This document shows, one piece after another, positions 1-16,514 of a stretch of DNA of 64,000 bases. The stretch covers positions 1,674,001 to 1,738,000 of the forward strand of contig OZ024749.1 in NCBI GenBank assembly GCA_964016885.1, given 5' to 3'. Position 1 is the first letter of the stretch; each line of letters opens with the position of its first letter. The translations under genes were made by a program, and so were the position numbers. The notes under the pieces are model-generated. The model saw only the letters and a list, made by a program, of their open reading frames with translations. It did no database searches and was not told the origin of the DNA. Origin of the DNA: Eledone cirrhosa (taxonomy: Eukaryota).

Positions 1-277
1 GAGAGTGGGACTGGCTTTGTGCAGTGCCTTTGCTCACTATAAAAGCTTCACAGCACAGGCATTGCTTTATATCTGGAGATCTCTCTGCACTTGTCATCCC
101 ATGGTACCATGGGCCCTGCACTATGTGTCAATAATGGTCACAAGTGTAGTCTTTGTACCAGAGTTTTCAAGTCGCTGGCTGGTCTAAAAAGTCACATTCG
201 TTCAGCGCATCGGTAGGGGTTCTCCTACATGGATATAAAGTAGTGGCCGTACTCGAAAACGAGTTGGCAGCCACCAT
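1..277 (+). mobile_element. RTE-derived non-autonomous retroelement, copy 1 (cut by window edge)
   Basis: Near-identical to 3287-3562, 6871-7146 and 10214-10487; ends in a C2H2 relic and the stem-loop CTCG-AAAA-CGAG. Confidence 0.75.
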
Positions 278-484
278 GTATATATATATATGTATGTATA
301 TATATATGTATGTATATATATATGTGTGTATATATGTATGTATATATATATGTGTGTATATATATATATATATATGTATGTATGTGTATATATATATATA
401 TGTATGTATGTGTATATATATATATGTATGTATATGTATGTATGTATATATATATATATATATATGTATGTATATGTATGTATG

Positions 485-515
<31 letters not shown>

Positions 516-526
516 ATGTATGTATG

Positions 527-557
<31 letters not shown>

Positions 558-716
558 ATATATATATATATATGTATGTATATATATATATATATATGTA
601 TGTATGTGTATATATATATATATGTATGTATATATATGTATATATGTATGTATATATATGTATATATGTATGTATGTATATGTATGTATGTATGTATGTA
701 TATATATGTATGTATG

Positions 717-747
<31 letters not shown>

Positions 748-898
748 ATGTATATATATATGTATGTATATATATATATATGTATGTATGTATATATATA
801 TGTATGTATGTATATATATATGTATGTATGTATATATATATATATGTATGTATGTATATATATATGTATGTATGTATATATATATGTATATATGTATG

Positions 899-953
<55 letters not shown>

Positions 954-978
954 GTATGTATGTATATATATATGTATG

Positions 979-1009
<31 letters not shown>

Positions 1010-1042
1010 ATATATATGTATGTATGTATATATATATGTATG

Positions 1043-1073
<31 letters not shown>

Positions 1074-1494
1074 ATATATATGTATGTATGTATATATATA
1101 TGTATGTATATATATATATATGTATGTATATATATATGTATGTATGTATATATATATATATGTATGTATATATATATATATGTATGTATATATATATATA
1201 TATATATGTATGTATATATATATATGTATATATATGTATATATATATATGTATGTATATATATTTATATATATATGTATGTATATATATATATATGTATA
1301 TATATATGTATGTATGTATATATATATATATATATATGTATGTATATATATATCTATATATATATATATGTATGTATATATATATCTATATATATATATA
1401 TGTATGTATATATATATCTATATATATATATATGTATGTATATATATATCTATATATATATATATGTATGTATATATATAAATATATATGTATG

Positions 1495-1557
<63 letters not shown>

Positions 1558-1922
1558 ATATATATTTGTATGTATATATATATGTATGTATATATATATG
1601 TATGTATATATATATGTATGTATATATATATGTATGTATATATATATGTATGTATATATATATGTATGTATATATATATGTATGTATATATATATGTATG
1701 TATATATATATGTATGTATATATATATGTATGTATATATATATGTATGTATATATATATGTATGAATATATATATGTATGTATATATATATGTATGTATA
1801 TATATATGTGTGTATATATGTATATATATATGTGTATATATATATATATATATGTATGTATGTGTATATATATATATATGTATGTATGTGTATATATATA
1901 TATGTATGTATATGTATGTATG

Positions 1923-1957
<35 letters not shown>

Positions 1958-1960
1958 ATG

Positions 1961-2006
<46 letters not shown>

Positions 2007-2251
2007 TATATATATGTATGTGTATATATATATATATATGTATATATATGTATATATGTATGTATATATATGTATATATGTATGTATGTATATATATGTA
2101 TGTATATGTATGTATGTATGTATGTATATATATGTATGTATGTATGTATATATATATATATATATGTATGTATATGTATGTATGTATGTATATATATATA
2201 TATATATATGTATGTATATATATATGTATGTATATATATATGTATGTATAT

Positions 2252-2292
<41 letters not shown>

Positions 2293-2538
2293 TATATATA
2301 TGTATGTATATATATATGTATGTATATATATATGTATGTATATATATATGTATGTATATATATATGTATGTATATATATATGTATGTATATATATATGTA
2401 TGTATATATATATGTGTGTATATATGTATGTATATATATATGTGTGTATATATGTATGTATATATATATGTGTGTATATATATATATATATATGTATGTA
2501 TGTGTATATATATATATATGTATGTATATGTATGTATG

Positions 2539-2573
<35 letters not shown>

Positions 2574-2687
2574 ATGTATGTATGTATGTATATATATATA
2601 TATATATGTATGTATGTGTATATATATATATATATGTATGTATATGTATGTATGTATATATATATATATATATGTATGTATGTGTAT

Positions 2688-2721
<34 letters not shown>

Positions 2722-2992
2722 GTATATATATGTATATGTATGTATGTATGTATGTATGTATATATATGTATGTATGTATATATATATATATATATGTATG
2801 TATATATATATATATGTATGTATATATATATATATGTATGTATGTATATATATATGTATGTATGTATATATATATGTATGTATGTATATATATATGTATG
2901 TATGTATATATATATGTATGTATATATATATATATGTATGTATGTATATATATATGTATGTATGTATATATATATGTATATATATATGTATG

Positions 2993-3047
<55 letters not shown>

Positions 3048-3056
3048 GTATGTATG

Positions 3057-3087
<31 letters not shown>

Positions 3088-3135
3088 GTATGTATGTATA
3101 TATATATGTATGTATATATATATATATATATGTAT
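278..3135. repeat. Compound (TA)n/(TATG)n microsatellite, ~2.9 kb
   Basis: Direct reading. Confidence 0.97.
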
Positions 3136-3562
3136 AGCCATCCAAAATCACCGGGAGAGATGACCCCTTAGCCTTTGTCAAGGCAGAATTCTAGGAGAAG
3201 GAAAACTCTGATATAACACCTGCAACCCTGATGGTATCCAATGATGTTGACTTGTTCTTCTTTTTGGTAAATATCATCTTGGTTAAGAGAGTGGGACTGG
3301 CTTTGTGCAGTGCCTTTGCTCACTATAAAAGCTTCACAGCACAGGCATTGCTTTATATCTGGAGATCTCTCTGCACTTGTCATCACATGGTACCATGGGC
3401 CCTGCACTATGTGTCAATAATGGTCACAAGTGTAGTCTTTGTACCAGAGTTTTCAAGTCGCTGGCTGGACTAAAAAGTCACATTCGTTCAGTGCATCGGT
3501 AGGGATTCTCCTACATGGATATAAAGTAGTGGCCGTACTCGAAAACGAGTTGGCAGCCACCA
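3136..3562 (+). mobile_element. RTE-derived non-autonomous retroelement, copy 2 (5' truncated)
   Basis: CTAGGAGAAGGAAAACTCTG motif, C2H2 relic [19 protein letters not shown], 3' stem-loop. Confidence 0.75.
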
Positions 3563-3924
3563 TATATGTATGTATGTATGTATATATATATGTATGTATA
3601 TATATATGTATGTATATATATATATATGTATGTATATATATATATATGTATGTATATATATATATATGTATGTATATATATATATATGTATGTATATATA
3701 TATATATATGTATGTATATATATATATATGTATGTATATATATATATATATGTATGTATATATATATATATATATATGTATGTATATATATATATGTATA
3801 TATATGTATATATATATGTATGTATGTATATATATATATATATATATGTATGTATATATATATATGTATATATATGTATATATATATGTATGTATGTATA
3901 TATATATATGTATATATATATGTA

Positions 3925-3960
<36 letters not shown>

Positions 3961-4026
3961 TGTATGTATATATATATATATATGTATATATATATGTATG
4001 TATGTATATATATATGTATGTATGTA

Positions 4027-4087
<61 letters not shown>

Positions 4088-4636
4088 ATATATATCTATA
4101 TATATATATATGTATGTATATATATATATGTATGTATATATATATATATATATGTATGTATATATATATCTATATATATATGTATGTATATATATATATA
4201 TATATGTATGTATATATATATCTATATATATATGTATGTATATATATATATATATATATGTATGTATATATATATCTATATATATATGTATGTATATATA
4301 TATATATATATATGTATGTATATATATATATATATATATGTATGTATATATATATATATATATATGTATGTATATATATATGTATGTATATATATATGTA
4401 TGTATATATATATGTATGTATATATATATGTATGTATATATATATGTATGTATATATATATGTATGTATATATATATGTGTGTATATATGTATGTATATA
4501 TATATGTATGTATATATATATGTGTGTATATATGTATGTATATATATATGTGTGTATATATATATATATATGTATGTATGTGTATATATATATATGTATG
4601 TATGTGTATATATATATATATGTATGTATATGTATG

Positions 4637-4682
<46 letters not shown>

Positions 4683-4754
4683 TATATATATGTATGTATG
4701 TGTATATATATATATATGTATGTATATATATGTATATATGTATGTATATATATG

Positions 4755-4785
<31 letters not shown>

Positions 4786-4798
4786 GTATGTATGTATG

Positions 4799-4830
<32 letters not shown>

Positions 4831-4911
4831 TATATATATGTATGTATATGTATATATGTATGTATGTATATATATATATATGTATGTATATATATATGTA
4901 TGTATATATAT

Positions 4912-4952
<41 letters not shown>

Positions 4953-5158
4953 TATATATGTATGTATATATATATGTATGTATATATATATATATGTATG
5001 TATATATATATATATATGTATATATATATGTATGTATGTATATATATATATATGTATGTATATATATATGTATGTATATATATATGTATGTATGTATATA
5101 TATATATATATGTATGTATATATATATGTATGTATGTATATATATATGCATGTATGTA

Positions 5159-5192
<34 letters not shown>

Positions 5193-5218
5193 TGTATGTA
5201 TATATATATATATGTATG

Positions 5219-5282
<64 letters not shown>

Positions 5283-5287
5283 TATGT
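3563..5287. repeat. Compound (TA)n/(TATG)n microsatellite
   Basis: Direct reading. Confidence 0.97.
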
Positions 5288-5414
5288 ACAGAAGTATCCA
5301 CTGTAAGTTGTGGCGTCTATTCTGTATGAAGAACTCAATGTAATCCATATGTTGAAAATGTTGTAGGTTAAGATAAATCTCAGAAAACAATTAAACATTA
5401 GAAGGAAAACAGCC

Positions 5415-5790
5415 ATAATATAAGTTAAAACAATGAAATAAAAAATCAAGTCATTAGAAATATACTTCACTGCTTTACGATCGTTTCTAGATTATGATAA
5501 TACATTGTAGCTATACTCCGTTATTGATCTATGTAAGTTTACAAACTATCAGATAGAGAGAATATTTACTTACATGCATATCACCAGCTGTTTTCAAAAG
5601 CAATAATCCTTTATTGCTTTTGAAAACAGCTGTAAGTAAATATTCTCTCTATCTGATAGTTTGTAAACTTACATAGATCAATAACGGAGTATAGCTACAA
5701 TGTATTATCACCACCTAGAAACGATCGTAAAGCAGTGAAGTATATCTCTAATGACTTGATTTTTTATTTCATTGTTTTAACTTATATTAT
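5415..5790. repeat. Long inverted repeat (fold-back), ~180-bp arms, 4-nt loop
   Basis: Arms are reverse complements around AATAA-TCCT-TTATT at ~5602-5615; the ORF track gives the same peptide on both strands. Confidence 0.93.
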
Positions 5791-6533
<743 letters not shown>

Positions 6534-7146
6534 TCATGTCAGGTCACCACTTGGTGCTACTGGTAACATGTATCCCAGTACAACCTGTCTCATGGTCGGG
6601 TCGTTGGCGACTAAACTGGCAACCCCACCAAGGTTTCTTGGTGAGGAGGGTGACTTTGGACATCCTGCAGGACTAAAAACAAAACCTGTCAAAGGGCAAA
6701 GGAGCTCTTAAGAGTCAATGGCCATCCAAAATCACTGGGAGAGATGACCCCTTAGCCTTTGTCAAGGCAGAATTCTAGGAGAAGGAAAACTCTGATATAA
6801 CACCTGCAACCCTGATGGTATCCAATGATGTTGACTTGTTCTTCTTTTTGGTAAATATCATCTTGGTTAAGAGAGTGGGACTGGCTTTGTGCAGTGCCTT
6901 TGCTCACTATAAAAGCTTCATGGCACAGGCATTGCTTTGTATCTGGAGATCTCTCTGCACTTGTCGTCACATGGTACCAAAGGTAAAGCACTATGTGTCA
7001 ATAATTGTCACAAGTGTAGTGTTTGTACCAGAGTTTTCAAGTCGCTGGCTGGACTAAAAAGTCACACTCGTTCAGCGCATCGGTAGGGGTTCTCCTACAT
7101 GGATATAAAGTAGTGGCCGTACTCGAAAACGAGTTGGCAGCCACCA
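6534..7146 (+). mobile_element. RTE-derived bipartite non-autonomous retroelement, longest copy (~610 bp)
   Basis: Structured 5' head, RTE-like 5'UTR motif, C2H2 relic [24 protein letters not shown], 3' stem-loop, microsatellite tail. Confidence 0.75.
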
Positions 7147-7150
7147 TATA

Positions 7151-7186
<36 letters not shown>

Positions 7187-7192
7187 TGTATG

Positions 7193-7223
<31 letters not shown>

Positions 7224-7227
7224 ATGT

Positions 7228-9990
7228 ATCATCATCATCATCATCATCATCAGGTTTAGCGTCCGTGTTCCACGCTTGCATGGGTTTGGACGGGGGTTTT
7301 CCCACTTGAGGCAAGAGTGGTTGTCTTGCTCGCATAGGACTGTCTGGCGGGTTTTCTACAGTTGGATGCCCTTCCTAACACCAACCACATTTACAGTGTG
7401 GGGCTGGGAGGTTTTTTACCGTGTTGCCTACACGGCCACATTACAGCGTGGACTGTCTGGCGGGTTTTCTACAGCTGGATGCCCTTCCTAACACCAACCA
7501 CATTTACAGTGTGGGGCTGGGAGGTTTTTACCGTGTTGCCTACACGGCCACATTTACAGCGTGGACTGTGTGTTTTTTGTCGTGACACCTACACGATCTC
7601 ATTTGTTTCGGCCTGGATGTTGTGGGACCAACATAACTTTACATTGAAAGGGGCGGTGTGGGTGGGGTGGAGGTGGTGGGACGGGGGTGTGTTTTGATAG
7701 AGATGCCTACTGACTGTAGTAGGTTTTTACTTTGTATTTAGGTAAGGCGGGTCTTCTCTATTACTGAGTACCGCCACAGGTCTCGGTCCAGTGACATTGT
7801 CTTGGAGAGGTGTAAGCGTGTGAGGTCGGAATTTATCAGCTCGTCCCATGTTTTTCTGGGTCTGCCTACTCCGTGGCTACCGTCTATCTTTATTGCCCTG
7901 CACTTTGTTATACAGCTGTCGTCTTTCATGCGCATCACGTGACCGTACCAACGTAGCCTTCTCTCGAGTAAACAACATCTGATCCCTCTTATTTCTAATT
8001 TTTTCCTTAGTTCGTTTATGCTTTGCCGTTCACGTATATTACTATTGCACATCCAGCGGAGCATGCAAGCTTCGTTCCTCTCTAGTCTGCGTATATCCTC
8101 TGCACACAATGCCCAGGTCTCACTGCCATGCAGCATTGCTGTTCGTATGCAGGCATCGTATAACCTGCCTTTCATTTTTAGGGAGAACCCTCTAGCGGCT
8201 AATAGTGGTATAAGCTCTCTGAACTTTTTTCATCCAGTTCTGACTCTAGCTACTGTACTTTCAGAGCACCCTCCCCCACTGCTGATTTTGTCACCCAGAT
8301 AACGGAAGCTGTCCACTATTTCTATAGAACCCTCTGCGCAGTTGAAGGAGCTAGTATTTTGTGGGCACTTGCTGCTACTTATTGCACCAGAGCACCGGCC
8401 ACATGTAAAATCTATGTTCTTAGTTAGCTTACCTGTGATCCCACTACATCTTTTATGCACCCATACTTTGCATTTGGGACATAAAATGGAGTTTCTACCT
8501 ACGCCTTTCCTACACACTGAGCATGGCCATTTCCCCGATGGGACCGCCGCCTTATTTTCTTTCCTACAAACTAGAACTTTAGTCTTAGCCAGGTTAATTT
8601 TAAGGCCTTTTGATTCTAGGCCGTGCTTCCACGTTTGGAATTTCTTCTCTAGTTCGGTCATTGATTCAGCTATGAGCGTTAGATCATCTGCGTATAGGAG
8701 TTCCCATGGGCAGCCGGTCTTGAACTCCTCTGTTATAGCCTGAAGGGCAATAATAAATAGTAGGGGGCTAAGTACAGAGCCCTGATGGACACCAACTTTT
8801 ACGCTAAACTCTTCACTATATTCGTTGTTAATTCTAACCTTACTGACTGTTTCTTTATACATGGCTACACCTAGTTTTCTAATAGACCACCAGATAATGG
8901 AACGGGGGACTCTGTCGAAGGCTTTCTCCAAGTCGACAAAAGCTAAGTATAGGGGTTTACTTTTAGCTAGGTACTTCTCCTGTAGTTGTCGTACAATGAA
9001 AAGAGCGTCTGTGGTACTTTTGCCTGACACAAACCCGAACTGCATTTCATCTAGATCAATTCTCTCTCTGATTAGTTGCGCTATTACTTTTTCCGTGACC
9101 TTCATGACCTGGTCGATTAATTTAATGCCTCTATAGTTACTCCTATCTAGGGCATCTCCTTTTCCCTTATAGCAGTTAACGGTGATGCTGCTACGCCATT
9201 CCTTCGGAACAACCCCATTCTGTACGACTTGGTTAACTATCCGGGTGACCATGGTGTGTCCCACCGAACCAGATGCCTTCAGCATCTCAGCAACTATTTC
9301 CGAAGGCCCAGCCACCTTACCCGTCTTCATATCTTTGATTGCCTTACTTATTATACTACCTTCAACTAACACTGCTGGTCCCTCTATTGGATCGATCTGG
9401 GGGAGACTGTCTTTCTCCCATTTGTTCTCCTCATTTAGAAGCCTTTCGTAGTGACACTTCCAAGCTACCTTCTTATCAGCGTCGGTGATGGCAAGTATGC
9501 CATCATCGTTAAGTACACACTTCTCCCCGACAATATCACGGTTTTCCTTGACACATTGCCTGGCAATCCTGAACACCTCACGTTTTTGGTCCTCATGTTG
9601 TAGAACATGCTTGAACTTTCTTTCCTCTGCTTCCCTTCTTGCGAAGTACACTTGTCTCCTAGCTTCCCTCCTGGCCACTTGATAGTCTTCTCTACTTCCC
9701 CCATCCCGCCATACTTTCCAAGCCTGCTTTTTGGCCTTAATTGACTCCTCCACCTTACTGTTCCACCACCATGTTACTCTCCTCCTACCTACAGGCCTGC
9801 TCCAGCCACAGACTTCGTCTGCCGCCGTCAGCAGGTTTGCTCTCAGGAATTCCCACTGTTCCTCTATATTATACGACTCTAATTGCTCTTCCTTACTGTC
9901 GAAAGCGTCAAGTAATTTGCTTTGAAATTTATTTCTGGCTATGGGGTCCTTTAGCTTCCATATTTTTCTCCTGAGGATAGTCCTCTTCCG
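7228..9990 (-). mobile_element. RTE-clade LINE family A, 5' truncated, with RT and PHD-like finger, inactivated
   Basis: RT motifs YRGIKL, QFGF, AFVDLEKAFD, GVHQGSVLSP, LYADD, FRYLG; RTE C-terminus GSETW, RLRWYGHV, GRPRKTW; (GAT)n tail; TGG>TGA stop at 8230 and a short in-frame deletion. Confidence 0.93.
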
Positions 9991-10487
9991 CGAGGGTGAC
10001 TTTGGACATCCTGCAGGACTAAAAACAAAACCTGTCAAAGGGCAAAGGAGCTCTTAAGAGTCAATGGCCATCCAAAATCACTGGGAGAGATGACCCCTTA
10101 GCCTTTGTCAAGGCAGAATTCTAGGAGAAGGAAAACTCTGATATAACACCTGCAACCCTGATGGTATCCAATGATGTTGACTTGTTCTTCTTTTTGGTAA
10201 ATATCTTGGTTAAGAGAGTGGGACTGGCTTTGTGCAGTGCCTTTGCTCACTATAAAAGCTTCACGGCACAGGCATTGCTTTATATCTGGAGATCTCTCTG
10301 CACTTGTCGTCACATGGTACCATGGGCCCAGAACTATGTGTCAATAATTGTCACAAGTGTAGTGTTTGTACCAGAGTTCTCAAGTAGCTGGCTGAACTAA
10401 AAAGTCACTCGTTCAGCGCATCAGTAGGGGTTCTCCTACATGGATATAAAGTAGTGGCCGTACTCGAAAACGAGTTGGCAGCCACCA
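9991..10487 (+). mobile_element. RTE-derived non-autonomous retroelement, copy 4 (5' truncated)
   Basis: Matches 6645-7146. Confidence 0.75.
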
Positions 10488-11487
<1,000 letters not shown>

Positions 11488-11615
11488 TCATCATCATCAC
11501 CATTTTACGTTCGTTCTTCCGCGCCAGCATGGGTTAGACGGGTTGTCCTGTTGTGGGCAGTGTCTGGTCGGCTGACCATGCCTTGCTCATACAGGAACTG
11601 ATTTGGCTTGATTTT
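11488..11615 (-). mobile_element. 3' fragment of an RTE-tailed retroelement
   Basis: (GAT)n tail; near-identical to 27437-27570. Confidence 0.7.
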
Positions 11616-11723
11616 TACATACATATATACATATATATATATGTATGTATATATATATGTATACATGTATGTATATATATATATGTATGTATATATATAT
11701 GTATACATGTATGTATATGTATG

Positions 11724-11759
<36 letters not shown>

Positions 11760-13186
11760 TGTATGTATGTATGTATGTATAAATGAAGTAATTCCGTCAG
11801 AAAGGTACAGGAAAAAAGAGGGCTCTATGTAGGCTACAGAGCTTATTAGTTATCTAATAAACAACATAAGATAATTATTTCATTTACCAGTGGTTTCTTG
11901 AAAGCAGATATTGTATCTTTTTTCAGTCACCAGAATGAATAAAAAACATGGTGTTTTTATTAAATATGGATTTGAAAACAAAATTTAGAAAATATGAAAG
12001 GGAGGCTGGGAAAAAAACGGGCAAAAAAGAAGAGGGGGGGGGGAAATATATATATATACAATAAATATCCAGAACGTAAACATACACACACTAAACCACG
12101 CGCATATACTTAAAAAGTACGAAGACGTATACTGTTTCACATAAGTGTATCAAGCATATTACACAAAGAAAGTTAATAATAGCATACATTACGGTAATAC
12201 AGATGCATAATGACAGCAAAGATATAAATGTTATGTAAAGATTATATATATGTGTGTGTCTATATATATATATCTGTTTATATGTATGCCTTCAGATGTT
12301 GTGTATATTTATGTCTTATTTGCCTGTTATATGATTTTGCCCTGCATTGATTGCGATGTCTTAAGTTCTCCCTTCAGTTGATTTACTTTCGTCTTCTGTC
12401 TGCATGTTTTCCTTTCTCCAGTGTCATTTGTTTTTCGTCTCTTGTCTTTGCATTCTAGCTGAATGTCCAGTGATTCCCTAACTATTTCCTTTCATTCATG
12501 ACACACTTTAGAGCAAGTAAAAATATTTTCATGCACTTTCTACCTAAATAAAAAAAAAAACTTTATTCAATAAAGATATTTATACATGATGATGATAATG
12601 ATGATTGGCATAGCATGGTGAAGATAGATAAATAATATTATTAGAAAAATCATTTGTACTCCTTTCTTTAGCCAATAGGTGATCAATAACTGATAATTAT
12701 TAATGTAAAGCATGTGCTTGGTGATTGTTCTTTTTCCTTTCTTTTGGCAATGTTTTCGTTGTTAGTTTAGTTGTTTCTCCACTTTGACAGTTTTATAGAA
12801 CCTTGCTCTTTTGTGGCACACCTAATTACATCTTACAGTGTACCAGTGGTGTACTGAGGAGCATGGTTTGGGAATCACTGGTCTAATGTTTTCATTTCTG
12901 TGTGTGGCCTCTCCCCCAACTGCTTCATTTTATGACACTCCCCCTTTCTCAGTTTGCCTCCTCTCCCTCCTTCCCTCTCAGGACATGTTTAATTATATTC
13001 CTGTCTGTAATTGAATTACATTGCCCTCAATTACTTTATCTCTCCATCTATTGATCTATGCAGCCCACATTCCTTTGCTACTTTCTATGTTGTATGACAA
13101 CTGTTTGCTCGGGTCTCTGTTGAACTACAGAAAACATCAGTCAGTGGGTTTGATGGGTTACAAACATCATCCACAAACAAACCTAT

Positions 13187-14275
13187 CACCACCACCACTA
13201 CTACCACCACCACACCACCACCACCACTACCACCAGCACCAGTACTACCACCAGCACCACCACCACACAACCACCACACAACCACCACCACCACCACCAC
13301 CGCCGCCACCACCACCACTACTACCACCACCACCTCCATCACCACACCACCACTACCACCACACCACCACTACTACTACCACACCACCACACCACCACCA
13401 TCACCACCACCACCATCACCACCACCACTACCAACACCACCACCACCACCAACACCACTACCAACACCACCACCACCACCACCACCACCACCACCACCAC
13501 CACCACCACCAGCACCACCATCAGCACTACCACCACACCACCACCACACCACCATCACCACCACCGCACCACCATCACCACCACCGCACCACCACCACCA
13601 CCACCACCACTACTACCACCACCACCACCACTACTACCACCACCACCACTACTACCACCAGCACCACTACTACCACCATACCACACCACCACCACCACTA
13701 CTGCTACTACTACCACCACACCACCAATACTACCACCACCCCACCACCACCACCACCACCACCACTACTACTACTACCACCACACCACCACCACCACACC
13801 ACCACCACCACCATCACCACACCACCACCACCCCACCACCACCACCCCACCACCACCACCCCACCACCACCACCACCACCACCACTACTACTACTACTAC
13901 TACCACCACACCACCACCACCACACCACCACCACCACCACCACCACTACTACTACTACCACCACCACCACCACCACCACCACACCACCACCACACCACCA
14001 CCACACCACCACCACCACACCACCACCACCACCACCACCACTACTACTACTACTACCACCACACCACCACCACCACCACACCACCACCACACCACCACCA
14101 CCACACCACCACACCACCACCACCACTACTACTACTACTACCACCACACCACCACCACCACCACACCACCACCACACCACCACCACCACCACCACCACCA
14201 CCACCACCACCACCACCACTACTACCACTACCACCACCACACCACACCACCACCACCACCACACCACCACAACAA
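13187..14275. repeat. Degenerate (CAC/ACC/ACT)n trinucleotide field
   Basis: Direct reading; CACAC interruptions shift the frame. Confidence 0.95.
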
Positions 14276-14364
14276 CAAATGTGTTTATGCCTTTAATTTT
14301 GTTTTTTGTTTTGTATCTGTTAAAAATTATTTTTTTTGTTTTTATGACATAAATATTGAATTCA

Positions 14365-14400
<36 letters not shown>

Positions 14401-14717
14401 ATGTGTGTATATTTATGTGTGCCTGTGTATTTACACACACATATATATTTACCTATGTATGTATACATACATACTCAATAACGAAGGGGACAGCCATCAT
14501 GTATGTATATGTATGTGTATGTATGTATATGTATATATGTATGTATATATGTATGTATGAATGAATGTATGTATGAATGTATGTAGGTATGATGCAGGTA
14601 TGTATGTCGGTATGCATGTATATATGCATGTATATATATATGTATGTATGTATATATGCATGTATATATGCATGTATATATGTATGTATGTATATATGCA
14701 TGTATGTATGTATGTAT

Positions 14718-15273
14718 GTCGGGTCACTCTTGAGTGCTACTGGTAACATGTAACCCAGTACAACCTGTCTCATGGTCGGGTCGTCGGTGACTAAACCAGC
14801 AACCCCACCAAGTTTACTTGGTGAGGAGGGTGATATTTGATATAAAGGGCGGAGGAACTCATAAGAGTCAACGGCCATCCAAAAATGTGTAAATATGTAT
14901 ATACATGTATACATATGTGTATATATGCGCGGGGACATAGAAATAATCGGGCTGGACACCCGATCGCACGGTTAAACCACTGGGAGTGAAGGAGCCCTAG
15001 CCTTTGTCAGGGCATTCTTCTAGGAGAAGGCAACTCAGGAAACTGGGATAACTCTGATATAAAACCTGCGGCTCAGTAGTTACTGATGATGTTGATCTTT
15101 TCTGCTTTTCAGGTTATAGCTACTGTCGCTCAGAGAGTGGGATTGGTTCAGTGCACAGTCTTTCCTCACTTAAAAAAAAATCTTCATGCACAGGCATTGC
15201 AAGATGGCATTGATAATTATTAACTATGTTATATCGTGCAATGGCCATACTCGATAACGAGCGGGCAGCCATC
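14718..15273 (+). mobile_element. Second subfamily of the RTE-derived bipartite element
   Basis: 5' head homologous to 6538-6655; CTAGGAGAAGGCAACTC; ends TGGCCATACTCGATAACGAGCGGGCAGCCA. Confidence 0.7.
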
Positions 15274-15764
15274 ATATATGTATGTATGTGTGTATATATA
15301 TATGTATGTGTGTCTGTATGTATGCGTGTATGTATATGTGTGTGTATGTATGCGTGTGTGTATGCGTGTGTGTATATGTGTGTGTATGTGTATGTGTGTA
15401 TGTATATGTGTTGTGAGTGATCAAGGATTATTTCTTAACTCCCAATGTTAACTGAATTCATTTCACTTCAATTTCTGCTTTAAAAATTTTGTTAATTTTA
15501 AATTCCGTTCAAATTTTCTAATATTTTTTGGTATAATTTCTTTTCATGCTAAACCAATGTTCATAATAATAATAATAATAATAACCCCAGGACTTACAAA
15601 TATGTGCAGCATACAAAAGATAGCTTTACTAGGCACGACACATATATTACGAAGAATACTCTCAATACAATAGAACATCACCAAAAGCCACACTACACAT
15701 ACACAAAACACTCAGTAATGCGCTTGGTTATGCAGTGATAACACACATAATAGCAATAAAAATA

Positions 15765-15978
15765 ATAGTGATTTCTACTATAGGCACAAGGTCAGCAATT
15801 TGGGGAGGGGAAAGTCGATTAAATTGACCCCAGTGTGTTACTGGTACTTTATCAACCATGTAAGGATGAAAGGTAAAGCTAACCTCGGCATGATTTGAAC
15901 TCAGAATGGAAAGTGCCAGAACTCTATGCCACAAAGCATGCCGTCGAAGCTCTACTGATTCTGTCAATCCACCACCTA
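15765..15978 (-). mobile_element. SINE with Nin/Deu-like central domain
   Basis: B-box GAGTTCAAATC and CCTTTCATCCTT...GATAAA(..)GTACCAG core; related copies at 24940, 39877, 40925, 48890, 54765, 63954. Confidence 0.7.
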
Positions 15979-16514
15979 ATAACGATGATAATAATGATAA
16001 TAATAATATTAATAACAATCTCTGGATCGTTATTATCCAAATATGGAATAACCTGAATGTGGATGATGAAAACACAAAAAATACCTGTAATGAATGGGAA
16101 AAACACACACAGACTGATACATATGACCCCAGGGCTTACAAATATATACAGTATACAGAAAATAGCACTACTAGGCACTGCACACATATTATGAAGAGTA
16201 TTCTCAATACAGTAGGAACAACACCAAAAACTACACCTCATTTACCCAAGGCACACAAAGCTGTGCTCAGTAATGCAGCAACATCATGCAATAAAAAAAA
16301 AATAGTTTCTAAGATGGAGGCAAGGCCAGCAATCCAGGAAAGCTGAATACGTCGACCCCAATATGTGACTGGTACTCTATTTTGGTTGTTGTTTTGAAAT
16401 CTGTTTGGTCACACCTCACGGTATAACCTCACATCCCCCCCATCTAACAACTTTTGAAAACCATAATTCTGTGAAACTGGTAAAGTTATTGGAAATTATT
16501 CTCTCTCTCTTATA

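Noticed and set aside
6540-6625. HDV-like ribozyme fit (CCAGT...GAC-TAA-ACTGG)
   Set aside because: No valid P3/L3/P1, and the putative P2 is not conserved in the 14718 copy.
8230-10038. 602-aa ORF as an intact RT gene starting at 10038
   Set aside because: The N-terminal residues come from the adjacent opposite-strand element; the LINE is 5' truncated and has a nonsense codon.
12115-12165. Minus-strand GAAAC...GTC hammerhead-like half
   Set aside because: No CUGANGA core or stem I.
13021-14468. 443-aa Pro/His/Thr ORF and reverse Val/Gly/Trp ORFs
   Set aside because: Degenerate (CAC)n field with no splice context or domain.
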